Of a stretch of 64,000 nucleotides of DNA, positions 26,552 to 37,300 are shown piece after piece. Positions within the stretch are counted from its first letter, which is position 1. Every line of letters begins with the position of its first letter. Origin of the DNA: Candidatus Enterocola sp. (GTDB lineage Bacteria > Bacteroidota > Bacteroidia > Bacteroidales > Paludibacteraceae); assembly GCA_045633865.1 (NCBI GenBank), contig JAZQZD010000021.1, forward strand, positions 2,915-66,914. The letters run 5' to 3'. The notes below the pieces were generated by a model. The model was not told the DNA's origin. It saw only the letters and a program-made list of their open reading frames with translations, and did not search any database. Made by a program: the position numbers and the translations under genes.

Positions 26552-26559
26552 CAAAGGTA
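26552..26559 (-). promoter_or_regulatory. -7 box (TACCTTTG on the minus strand) for tRNA-Leu
   Basis: The plus strand reads caaaggta. This is about 30 nt upstream of the tRNA 5' end. Confidence 0.45.
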
Positions 26560-26607
26560 ATTAATCTTTTTTAGATATGAAAATTTTTTTGCATAAATTC
26601 TTTTTGT

Positions 26608-26615
26608 TACCTTTG
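26608..26615 (+). promoter_or_regulatory. -7 box (TACCTTTG) for the manC-lptB-symporter unit
   Basis: TAnnTTTG match 30 nt upstream of the ATG at 26645. Confidence 0.5.
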
Positions 26616-26644
26616 CCCGAATAAAACTTAAATCAAATACAGAT

Positions 26645-27727
26645 ATGGACTATAATAATTTTTGTGTGATAATGGCTGGTGGTGTAGGTAGCCGTTTTTG
26701 GCCATTTTCACGAAACGATAAACCTAAACAATTTCTAGATTTCTTTGGTACAGGTCGTTCTCTTTTGCAAATGACATTCGACCGTTTTGCTAAAGTGATT
26801 CCTGCTTCAAATATTATCATAGTAAGTAATGCGGCTTATAAAGACTTGATTATGGAACAACTTCCTATTATCAAACCTAGTCAAATTCTTCTTGAGCCTT
26901 GCCGTAGAAATACTGCTCCATGTATTGCTTACGCTATGAGTCACATTAAGGCTATCAATCCAAATGCAAGCATGGTGGTGGCCCCTTCAGACCACCTTAT
27001 TACCAAGGAAATGGAGTTTCTTAATGCTATAGAACGTGGTTTAAATTTTGTAAGCAACAACAATAGTTTGCTTACACTTGGTATTAAACCAAATCGTCCA
27101 GAAACTGGATATGGATATATTCAAGCTCATGTGGATGCTGATGGCGACTTTAAACCTGTGAAAACTTTTACGGAAAAACCAAACTTAGAACTTGCGAAAG
27201 TATTTGTAAATTCTGGTGAGTTTTTCTGGAATTCTGGTGTGTTTATGTGGAGTGTTAACACTATTGATGCTGCATTTAAAGAGTTCCTTCCAGAGATTTC
27301 TCAAAAATTTGAGGCTGGTATGGATAAAATGAACACAGAGAATGAACAATCTTTCATAGATGAGATTTTCCCTACTTGTCAAAATATTTCTATCGACTAT
27401 GGTATTATGGAGCATGCTCGTGAGGTATATATGCTTTCTGGCGACTATGGTTGGTCTGATATGGGTACTTGGGGTGCACTTAAAGATATTGCAGAAGGCG
27501 ATGAAAATGGAAATGTTGTTTTAAAATGCAAAAGCTTAACATACGACAGCAACGATAATATTGTGGTGCTTCCAGAGGGTAAACTTGCTGTTATTCAGGG
27601 ACTAGAAGGATATATAGTAGTGGAGTCTGACAATGCTTTATTAATATGTAAAGCTTCTGACGAACAACGTATCCGTCAGTTTGTCAACGATGTTAGTATG
27701 TTGGAGGATAACGAAAACTTTATTTAA
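26645..27727 (+). CDS. manC: Mannose-1-phosphate guanylyltransferase (nucleotidyltransferase domain only)
   Basis: N-terminal [19 protein letters not shown] signature, then PSDHLI, GYGYI and WSDMGTW, typical of the ManC/CpsB N-terminal half. Confidence 0.85.
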   Translation: MDYNNFCVIMAGGVGSRFWPFSRNDKPKQFLDFFGTGRSLLQMTFDRFAKVIPASNIIIVSNAAYKDLIMEQLPIIKPSQILLEPCRRNTAPCIAYAMSHIKAINPNASMVVAPSDHLITKEMEFLNAIERGLNFVSNNNSLLTLGIKPNRPETGYGYIQAHVDADGDFKPVKTFTEKPNLELAKVFVNSGEFFWNSGVFMWSVNTIDAAFKEFLPEISQKFEAGMDKMNTENEQSFIDEIFPTCQNISIDYGIMEHAREVYMLSGDYGWSDMGTWGALKDIAEGDENGNVVLKCKSLTYDSNDNIVVLPEGKLAVIQGLEGYIVVESDNALLICKASDEQRIRQFVNDVSMLEDNENFI

Positions 27728-27735
27728 CGAAAGAT

Positions 27736-28485
27736 ATGAGTGAAGAAAAGATGATTCTCCGCACGGAGCATTTAGTGAAACGCTATGGCAAACGTACCGT
27801 AGTAAACGACGTTTCTATTAATGTAACTCAAGGTGAGATTGTTGGTTTGCTTGGTCCTAATGGAGCTGGTAAGACTACTACTTTCTACATGACTACTGGA
27901 TTAGTAAAACCTAATGCGGGGAAAATCTTTCTAAACGATTTAGATATTTCTAAATATCCTGTTTATCGCAGAGCACAAATTGGTATTGGTTATTTGGCAC
28001 AGGAGGCGTCTGTTTTTCGTGATATGTCTGTTGAGAACAATATACGTTCTGTGCTTGAGATGACAAACTTTTCAAAAGAATATCAAAAGGAAAAACTTGA
28101 ATCTCTTATAGAGGAGTTTCACCTTTCTCATGTGCGTAAGAGTCTTGGCACTCAGCTCTCTGGTGGTGAACGTCGCCGTTGTGAGATTGCTCGTTGCATG
28201 GCTATTGAACCTAAATTTATAATGCTTGATGAGCCTTTTGCTGGTGTGGACCCTATTGCTGTGCAGGATATTCAACAAATAGTTTCCAAACTAAAGGAAA
28301 AGAATATAGGTATTCTTATTACCGACCACAATGTACATGAAACTTTATGTATCACAGATAGAGCTTACATGCTTTTTGAGGGTAAGGTGATGTTTCAAGG
28401 TACTGCAGAGGTGTTGGCAGAGAATCCTATTGTGCGTGAAAAATATTTAGGTGTAAACTTCGAACTACGTAAAGTAAATGGCTGA
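27736..28485 (+). CDS. lptB: LPS export ABC transporter ATP-binding protein
   Basis: Walker [14 protein letters not shown], signature LSGGERRR, Walker [13 protein letters not shown]. Length (~250 aa) and the C-terminal REKYLG match LptB. Confidence 0.88.
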   Translation: MSEEKMILRTEHLVKRYGKRTVVNDVSINVTQGEIVGLLGPNGAGKTTTFYMTTGLVKPNAGKIFLNDLDISKYPVYRRAQIGIGYLAQEASVFRDMSVENNIRSVLEMTNFSKEYQKEKLESLIEEFHLSHVRKSLGTQLSGGERRRCEIARCMAIEPKFIMLDEPFAGVDPIAVQDIQQIVSKLKEKNIGILITDHNVHETLCITDRAYMLFEGKVMFQGTAEVLAENPIVREKYLGVNFELRKVNG

Positions 28486-29851
28486 GATACAGGATTTTTT
28501 CCTTAATATTTTATCGGATTTTAGTGGCTTCCTTTGGGGAGTGCCAATGATAGTGTTGCTATTTGGTACACACTTGTTTTTAACATTTAGAACTGGAGGT
28601 GTGCAACGTCATATCGGCACAGCTATAAAGATGACTCTTAGTGGTAGCAAGGCTGGTGGCGACATAAGCAACTTTAGTGCTCTTATGGTAGCAATGGCTG
28701 CTACTGTAGGAACAGGAAATATCATTGGTGTGGGCACTGCTATTGCTTTAGGTGGACCTGGTGCTGTGTTTTGGTGCTGGCTCACAGGTGTGTTTGGCAT
28801 TGCTACCAAATATGCAGAAGCTCTTCTTTCTGTGAAATATCGCTACAAAACAGATAGTGGTACTATGATTGGTGGCCCTATGGTTGTGCTAGAAAAGGCT
28901 CTTAAAATGAAGCCTTTAGCTATATTCTTCTGTATTACTACTATTGCAGCTGCGTTTGGTATTGGTAATATGAATCAAGCCAACTCTGTGTCTGTGCTTC
29001 TTAACGAAAACTTTGGTGTGTCACCATATATCACCGGTATTGTAATGGCAGTGTTAGTTGGTATTATCACTTTTGGAGGTATCAAATGGCTTGCTCGTGT
29101 GTGTGAGGTGTTTGTGCCTTTTATGGCTGTGATATATATAATAGGTTGTGTAGCAATACTTATTCTGAACTATGAGTATGTAGGTGAGGCTCTAAAACTT
29201 ATTATCACTTCTGCTTTCACTCCTGTGGCAATAGGAGGTGGTTTAACTGGTGGTGGTATAATGATTGCCATGCGTTATGGTATTTCTCGTGGTCTTTTCT
29301 CAAATGAATCTGGTCTTGGCTCTGCTCCTATTGTGTCTGCTGCAGCTAGAACTGAAAATGCTGTGAAACAAGCACTTATAGCATCGTCTGCTACTTTTTG
29401 GGATACAGTAATTATCTGTGCTCTTACTGGTATAGTGCTTGTGACTAGTGTGCTAGTCTATCCAGATATCAATTTCCACGATGGTGCTGTGCTTACCAAT
29501 ATGGCATTTACAAAACTTCATGCTTGGGGTGGTCCTCTGCTTACAGTTGCTCTACTTACCTTCGTCTTTTCTACTATTTTAGGTTGGTCTTATTATGCCG
29601 AACGTTGCCTAGAATACATAAGTGGTAAAAAAGCATTAGTTTACTTTAGAATAATTTGGTCTTTAGCAATTTTTGTAGGTTGCGTTGCAAAACTAGACCT
29701 TGTTTGGGTGTTCTCCGACTGTGCTAATGCCCTAATGGCTATTCCTAATATTATTTCGCTTCTGCTTCTAAGTGGTGTAGTAGCGTCTGAAACAAAAAAG
29801 TATCTAAACAAGGATCGGATAAACGAATACGATCCAACAATACAGCATTAG
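28478..29851 (+). CDS. Alanine/glycine:cation (sodium) symporter family protein (AGCS)
   Basis: Multi-TM protein with AGCS blocks ([46 protein letters not shown]). It overlaps the lptB end by 8 nt. Confidence 0.88.
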   Translation: MAEIQDFFLNILSDFSGFLWGVPMIVLLFGTHLFLTFRTGGVQRHIGTAIKMTLSGSKAGGDISNFSALMVAMAATVGTGNIIGVGTAIALGGPGAVFWCWLTGVFGIATKYAEALLSVKYRYKTDSGTMIGGPMVVLEKALKMKPLAIFFCITTIAAAFGIGNMNQANSVSVLLNENFGVSPYITGIVMAVLVGIITFGGIKWLARVCEVFVPFMAVIYIIGCVAILILNYEYVGEALKLIITSAFTPVAIGGGLTGGGIMIAMRYGISRGLFSNESGLGSAPIVSAAARTENAVKQALIASSATFWDTVIICALTGIVLVTSVLVYPDINFHDGAVLTNMAFTKLHAWGGPLLTVALLTFVFSTILGWSYYAERCLEYISGKKALVYFRIIWSLAIFVGCVAKLDLVWVFSDCANALMAIPNIISLLLLSGVVASETKKYLNKDRINEYDPTIQH

Positions 29852-29895
29852 AGTTTTTTAAGGGTGTATTTCTCGTTGAACGAAAAAAATATAAT

Positions 29896-30615
29896 ATGAA
29901 AAAGATAATTACTTTAGCTTCTTTAATAGTAATGATGGTGGCCTGTACAGTGCCATATTATTATGGTAATGCAGACTTTGAAGATATACCACTTCCAGAG
30001 ACTGGCTATATGGATGAAGGACTTCTTGGTGGATTTAAGTCTGGTGATATTTTGTTCACTTCTGAGTGGGTGTCTGAGTTTGGTGGATATTCAAATGGTG
30101 GTATTTACCCATCAAATCTTCACGACTCTCTTACCACTGGTATTTTAAATCAATATAGTTCGTATCCAAAACCAGAGGGCCATTTTGCTGTAGTGCATTA
30201 CAATGATTATATAGCTAGTACAGAGAAAAATAAGGCAGCTTTCATTTTGCCAGAACCTACTGTGGTGGAGTATGTGAAAGTGGCAAATTCTACATATACC
30301 TATTGGGCTATCAAAACTGGTGATGATGGTTTTGGTTCTTGCCGTGCATACAAAGATGGTGATTGGTTCAAGGTAACATTTACAGGATACAATGCTTGTG
30401 GAGAAAATGTGGGTTCTGTGGATTATTATTTAGCAGATTTCCGTGAAGGAAAGTCTTTTATTGAGGAATCTTGGGCCTATGTAGATTTGTCAACACTTGG
30501 AAGATGTGTGAACAAGGTAGAAATCTCTTTTAGTGGCACAGATATAGGTGAGTATGGACTTAATACTCCCACTTATTGCGTGATAGATGAAATAGGCTAT
30601 CGTATATATGATTAA
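29896..30615 (+). CDS. DUF4465-like lipoprotein
   Basis: Lipoprotein signal ...MMVAC. FEDIPLP...GY, WAIKTGDDGFG, DWFKVTFTGYN, YYLADFREG, SFSGTDIGEYGLNTPTYCVIDEIGY resemble the DUF4465 family pattern as I recall it. Confidence 0.65.
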   Translation: MKKIITLASLIVMMVACTVPYYYGNADFEDIPLPETGYMDEGLLGGFKSGDILFTSEWVSEFGGYSNGGIYPSNLHDSLTTGILNQYSSYPKPEGHFAVVHYNDYIASTEKNKAAFILPEPTVVEYVKVANSTYTYWAIKTGDDGFGSCRAYKDGDWFKVTFTGYNACGENVGSVDYYLADFREGKSFIEESWAYVDLSTLGRCVNKVEISFSGTDIGEYGLNTPTYCVIDEIGYRIYD

Positions 30616-30644
30616 AAATTGTGGCGAATGTCACAATTTTTTTT
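30616..30644 (+). terminator. Rho-independent terminator (aattgtg...cacaatt stem followed by T8)
   Basis: 7-bp perfect stem and a T-run immediately after the DUF4465-like stop codon. Confidence 0.7.
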
Positions 30645-30685
30645 GTATTTCTACGTTATATCCTTATAAATATCAGCAATTTTAT

Positions 30686-30693
30686 TAACTTTG
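30686..30693 (+). promoter_or_regulatory. -7 box (TAACTTTG) for ruvA-sprA
   Basis: TAnnTTTG match 26 nt upstream of the ruvA ATG. Confidence 0.5.
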
Positions 30694-30718
30694 TCGGTTC
30701 TTAAGATAAGATAAATTT

Positions 30719-31318
30719 ATGTTTGAATATATAAACGGGGAAATTACTTCATTATCACCTACTTATGCTGTCTTGGATGTGCACGGAGTGGGTTTTGGTG
30801 TAAATATTTCTCTTTCCACATATACAGCCATTCAAGATAAAAAGGATGCAAAATTATATCTTTATGAAGTAATTCGTGAAGATTCTTTTACTTTGTATGG
30901 TTTTGCTACATCTGCAGAAAGAAGTATGTTTCTTCTTCTTTTGTCTGTGCAGGGTGTGGGTGCTGCTACTGCTCGTATGATTCTTTCTTCACTTTCTGTA
31001 TATGAAATTTGTGATGCTGTGCAAACAGGCAATGCTGTTCTTATCAAGGCCGTGAAGGGTATTGGTGCAAAAACTGCACAACGTATTATTTTAGACCTTA
31101 AAGATAAGGTTCTAGAAATTTCTGCCTCTGAAGGTGCTCCTGCTGTGGCTCCAAAGGCTTCTCCTGTGTCTTCAGAAATTCAGAATGAGGCGGTTTCTGC
31201 ACTAGTAATGTTGGGCTTCGCAACTTCTGCTACCCAAAAAGTGGTGTCGTCTATCTTGGCTGAAGAACCAGACCTGAAAGTAGAACAAGTAATCAAAAAA
31301 GCACTGAAAATGCTGTAA
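30719..31318 (+). CDS. ruvA: Holliday junction branch migration complex subunit RuvA
   Basis: Typical N-terminus M.EYI.G.I....P..AVLDV.GVG. HhH region VQGVGAATARMILS and KGIGAKTAQRIILDLKDK. C-terminal domain III. Confidence 0.93.
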   Translation: MFEYINGEITSLSPTYAVLDVHGVGFGVNISLSTYTAIQDKKDAKLYLYEVIREDSFTLYGFATSAERSMFLLLLSVQGVGAATARMILSSLSVYEICDAVQTGNAVLIKAVKGIGAKTAQRIILDLKDKVLEISASEGAPAVAPKASPVSSEIQNEAVSALVMLGFATSATQKVVSSILAEEPDLKVEQVIKKALKML

Positions 31319-31340
31319 CTCCTAACTCCTAACTCCTAAC
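31316..31340 (+). repeat. Heptamer array (TAACTCC)x3.5 filling the whole ruvA-sprA spacer
   Basis: The first unit contains the ruvA TAA stop. The array ends directly at the sprA TTG start. Confidence 0.9.
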
Positions 31341-34300
31341 TTGAAGAAGTTTTTCTACATATTAGCATTACTTTCTGTTTCGCTTGCGGTTTTCGCTCAG
31401 GCGACAGGGGATAGTATTGCCAATAAAGAAGAGTCTCAGCTTCGTTTTCCTATTCCTAAAAACTACGTTGAAAATTACAACGACCTTGGTCAATCTACAC
31501 CTGCGTCACTTCCTATTCCAGACAATGTGGTTACAGAGGTGGTTTACGACCCAGATACAGACAGATATTATTTTCAATCAAAAGTTGGTGACGAAGACCT
31601 AGGAACTCCTTTTTATCTTACAAGTGAAGAGTTTGCAGAATACCAAGCTTTAAGGTCTCAACAAGAATATTATAAAGCAAAAGTGAGCGAAGAAAAGGGT
31701 AAAAAACATGAAATTTCGTTCACAGATATGAAGTTTGATATTGGCCCTGCCGACAAGGTGTTTGGACCTGGTGGTGTGCAACTTAAGCTTCAAGGTTCTG
31801 TAGAACTTATCTTTGCTCTTCAATTTAAAAAGCTTAAAGACCCAGCGCTTAGCGAGCGTTCTCAAAATCCTGCTCCAACATTCGATTTTGATGAGAAAAT
31901 TCAGCTGAATGTGAGTGGTTCTGTGGGTGATAAACTGAATTTTGGACTTAATTACAACACAGAGGCTACTTTCGACTTCGACCAATCTATGCTTAAACTG
32001 CAATATGAAGGCAAGGAAGATGATATTATCAAAAAATTGGAAGCAGGTAATGTGAGTATGCCTCTTACTGGTTCTCTTATTACTGGTAATACTTCACTTT
32101 TTGGTTTTAAAACAGACCTTCAGTTTGGTAAACTTAATGTGAGTGCAGTGGTGTCTCAACAAGAGTCTGAGTCTCAAACTATTAATACTACAGGTGCTCA
32201 AACTACCGATTTTCATATTTCTATTGACCAATACGACGAAAATCGCCACTATTTCCTTTCTCATTTCTTCCGCGAACACTATGATGAGTGGATGAAGGAT
32301 GTGCCAAATATTTCATCTGGTGTGTCTGTCACAAATATTGAGGTGTGGGTAACTAATAAAAACTCAATTAACTATCAAAATACTACAAATGTGGTGGCTT
32401 TCGCCGATCTTGGTGAACCAGAACGCATTTATAATTCATCTTTTGCTTCTTCTGGAAGTATTCCTTCAAATGGTGCGAATACATTGTTCTCACAAGTGGT
32501 GCAAGCCAATAACGGTTTGCCAGATATTTATGAGGTGGATTCGTATCTGAAAGCTTGGAATATGGAGGCAGGTACAGACTTTGCAAAACTTGAAGGTGCT
32601 AGAAAACTAGAATCTTCAGATTATGTGCTAAACAAGGAATTGGGTTATATCTCATTGAAGTCTGCACTTAATAATGATGAAATTTTGGCTGTGGCCTATC
32701 AATATACCTACAAAGGTAAGGTTTATACTGTGGGTGAACTTAGTACTGCTACCACAGAAACTACGAAGCCACTTGCCCTTAAATTGCTGAAATCTACCGA
32801 CAAGTCGCCACTTCTTCCTACGTGGGATTTGATGATGAAGAATATCTATTCTCTTGGTGCATATCAAGTTCAGAGCAATAAGTTTACTCTGAATATTATG
32901 TATAAAAATGACTCTACAGGTATAGATTTACGTTATATCACAGAAGGTCCTATTGCCAAGAAACCTCTTTTATGGGTAATGAACCTAGACCATTTAGACT
33001 CTCAACAAAATGAAAAACCAAATGGTGATGGTATGTTTGACTTTGTAGAGGGTTATACTATTATTTCACAAAATGGTAAAATTATCTTCCCAGTGGTGGA
33101 GCCTTTTGGTTCGCATTTGGCTAAAAAGCTAAACAACGACCCTTATTTAGTGAAGAAATATGTTTACCAAGAGCTTTATGATTCTACATTAACCACAGCT
33201 CAAGAGTTTGCTGAAAAGAATAAGTTCTATCTTGAGGGTGAATATCGTGCTTCTTCTGGTAGCGAGATTAGGCTAAATGCTATGAATGTGCCTAAGGGTT
33301 CTGTGAAGGTTACTGCTGGTGGTGTGCAACTTACTGAAAATGTGGACTATACCGTCGATTATATGATGGGTGTGGTAACCATTATGAATCAAGATCTTAT
33401 AGATTTAGGTACTCCTATTAGTGTTACTATGGAGAGCCAATCTATGTTTAATATGAAGCGTAAGTCTCTTATAGGCACACACTTAGACTACGCATTCACC
33501 GACAACTTCAATGTTGGGGGTACTGTGATGTACCTTTCAGAAAAACCTCTTACAGAAAAAGTTGGCTATGGCGACGACCCTGTAGCAAATACTGTATGGG
33601 GCTTGAATATGTCGTATAGAGACCAATTTCAATCTGTTACCGATTGGTTAAATAAACTGCCTATACTCAACCTTAAGCAAGCTTCTACTGTGGCATTTGA
33701 TGCCGAGTTTGCTCACATGATTCCTGGCACGGCCAAGGGCGCGCAAGGTAAAGTTTATGTAGATGACTTCGAGTCTACTACAGTTGGTTATGATGTTAGA
33801 TATGCAAGCAATTGGCGTCTTGCAAGTACTCCTTCTAGATTTGCGGAGTCTGGTTTGTCAAACAATATTGAGTATGGCAAAAACCGTGCTTTGCTTTCTT
33901 GGTACTACATAGACAATATGTTTAACCAATCTACATCTAGCACTCCTAGCCATATCAGAAAGGATAAACAACAACTTTCAAATCATTTCGTTCGTCAGGT
34001 TTCTGAAAATGAAATTTTCCCAAATAGAGAGTTGGTTTATGGTCAGTCTAGTTATATTCAAACTTTAGACTTGGCTTATCATCCAACAGAACGTGGTCCT
34101 TACAATATTTATGCAGAAAACTTCGATTCTGAGGGTAAACTTATCAATCCAGCTACTAAGTGGGGTGGTGTGATGCGTAAGTTGGAAACTACAGACTTTG
34201 AGACCAACAATATTGAGTACTTAGAGTTTTGGGTAATGGACCCATTTGTGTACAACGATGGTACAATGACTGGTGGTGACCTTTATTTCAACTTCGGTGA

Positions 34301-37300
34301 TATTTCTGAGGATATTCTAAAAGATGGTCGTAAGTTCTATGAAAATGGACTTCCTGTGGAATTGGACGAAAGTGCAATAGTTTCTACCGTTTGGGGTAAG
34401 GTGCCTACAAAACAATCTGTTGTTTATGCATTTGATGCCACAGAGGCTGCTAGAAAAGCTCAAGATACTGGTCTAAATGGTCTTTCTACAGAGCAAGAGT
34501 TCAATCATGAATCTTATAAGACATTCGTAGAAAAACTATCTGCCAAACTTTCTCCAGATGCTCGTCAGAGAATGATGGAAGATAAATTCTCTCCACTCAA
34601 CGACCCTGCTGGTGACAATTTCCACCACTATCGTGGCACAGACTACGACAATGCCGAAGTAGGAGTGTTGGAACGTTATCGTTATTATAATGGTACGGAG
34701 GGCAACTCTCAAACCACATCTGAAAACGAGTCTTATACCACAGCTTCTTCAAACAAACCAGATTATGAAGATATCAATGTGGATAATACTTTGAGCGATA
34801 GTGAAAAATATTTTGAATATAGGGTTTCACTTCGTCCAGAGGATATGAATGTGGGTCAAAACTATATCACAGATATGGTTACCTCTTCTGTTACTCTTAA
34901 AAATGGAGAAACAGGTACAGTGCGTTGGTATCAGTTCAAAATTCCACTACGCGATGCAGACAATTATACTTCTTATGGTAGCATTCGTAGCTTTAAGTCT
35001 ATACGTTTTATGCGTATGTACTTAACTGGTTTCACTCACGATGTAAACTTAAGGTTTGCTAGAATGGAACTAGTAAAAGGTGAATGGAGAACATATCAAA
35101 AAGAACTTGACAAGGCAAATCATAATGATGCCACAATACTAGAGGTGTCTTCTGTAAACATTGAAGAAAATGCTGACAAACAACCAGTAAACTATGTGTT
35201 GCCTCCAGGTGTTTCTCGTGAGATAGACCCTTCTCAACAACAAGTTCGCCAAGAAAACGAACAGTCTATGGTGCTTAGAATACACAATTTGTATCCAAAA
35301 GATGCTCGTGCTGTGTATAAGAAATTTGGTGGTTATGATATGCGTCAGTATGGAAAACTTGAAATGTTTGTCCATGCAGAGGCTCTACCAGAAGATGATA
35401 CCAATCTAACTGATAGAGATATGAAGTTGTTTATCAGATTGGGTTCAGATTATCAAAACAACTATTATGAATATGAGGTGCCTCTTACCCTTACACCAGC
35501 TGGTATTTATTCTAACAATACCACATCGGATCGCAAGGTTGTATGGCCAAGCGAAAATAAAATAGAATTACCATTGGAGCTTCTTACCAACCTTAAAAAG
35601 GCACGTAATGAAGAGAAGAATCGTAACCACTCTTCTGTAACCAACCTAACAGAATATTCTACACTAGACCCTGCAAATCCTAACAATAGAATTACTATTA
35701 TGGGTAACCCAAGTTTGGGCGAGGTGGAAGTGTTTATGATTGGTATTCGAAATGCTTCAAAGGCAGTGAAGAGTGCAGAGGTGTGGGTAAATGAACTTCT
35801 GCTTACAGACTTCGATGAGCAAGGCGGTGTGGCTGCTCGTGCTAGTTTGGATATTGCTCTTTCAGACTTCATTACACTTAATGCTGCTGGCCGTATAGAA
35901 ACAATTGGTTATGGTGGTATAGAACAAAAAGTACAAGAGCGTCGTCAAGACGATTATTATCAATACAATGTGAATGCTGGTATCGACCTAGGTAAACTAT
36001 TGCCAGAAAAGGCTAATACTGTCATTCCTATTCGTTATTCTCTTTCTCATGAGATTGTAAATCCAAAATACAATCCGCTAGATAAGGATATTTTATTGAA
36101 GGATGCTCTAGAAGCTACAGCAAATAAAGAACAACGCGATTCTATTTTAAATGTGGCTCAAGATATGACCATGACTCAGAGTCTTTCTGTGCCTGGTATT
36201 CGTGTGGGTATTACAAGCAAAGATGGTCCACGTCCTTGGGACCCTGCAAACTTCACAGTAGGTGGCTCTTACTCTCAAACAGAGTCTCGCGATCCAAATA
36301 CTACTCGTGAGGTAGAGCAATATAGCAATGCTTATGGTCAATATGAATTCTCTTGGAGTCCAAAACCTGTAGAACCATTTGCCAAGATTAAGTCTATTCA
36401 AAACAATAAGCACATGAAGTGGCTTACTGATTTTGGTTTCTACTATGCTCCTAAATTGTTCTCTTTCAAAACAAACTTTGTGAGAAACTACTATGAGCAA
36501 GTGACAAGGGATTTTGAAAATCCAGACCAAAAAATGGACCCAACATTTGCCAAAGATTTCATGTGGAGCAATGAGTTCGACCTTGCTTGGGATATTACAA
36601 AAAATATCAAATTCACATTTACATCTAGCAACAATTCTCTTATCACCGAAAATGATGGAGGTGTAAATAGCGAGTTGTATCCAGATGAATATGAAATGTG
36701 GAAGGATTCTGTTTGGAATAGCCTTTCTCACTTAGGTTCTCCTCAAGACTACAACCAACGTGTTACATTGTCTTGGAATGTTCCATTCAATAAAATGCCT
36801 GCTCTAAACTGGATTCAAGGTAATATTAAGTATGATGGTACTTACCAATGGTTAAGTGGCACAGATATTATTGCCAATACTGCTATGAGTAAAGGTACTA
36901 TTCAAGCAGATGGTAAATTCAATTTTGAATCTCTTTACAACAAGTCTGAATATTTAAAAGAGATAAATAGAAAGTATGGTTCTACCAATGCTCCAAAACC
37001 TAAGAAACAAAAAGAGTATAACCAGAAACTTAAACTTCAAGCTGGTGATACTGTTGTGGTTCGCCACCGTTTGAACGATAAGAAGGTGAGAATTAAAGCT
37101 ACAGCAGATGGTAAAGCTGTGCAATTAAAACATAAAGTGCTTGATGCAAACAGTATTAAAGTGTTTGCAACAAAAGGTGCTGAGGTGGAACTTACAGTAA
37201 TTTCTGGTGGTCCTCAACCTGCCAATATGGTATTTACCGATGTGTTGGCTCGTGTAGCTATGCTTATCAGAAATGTATCGTTCAATTACTCTCAAACAGA

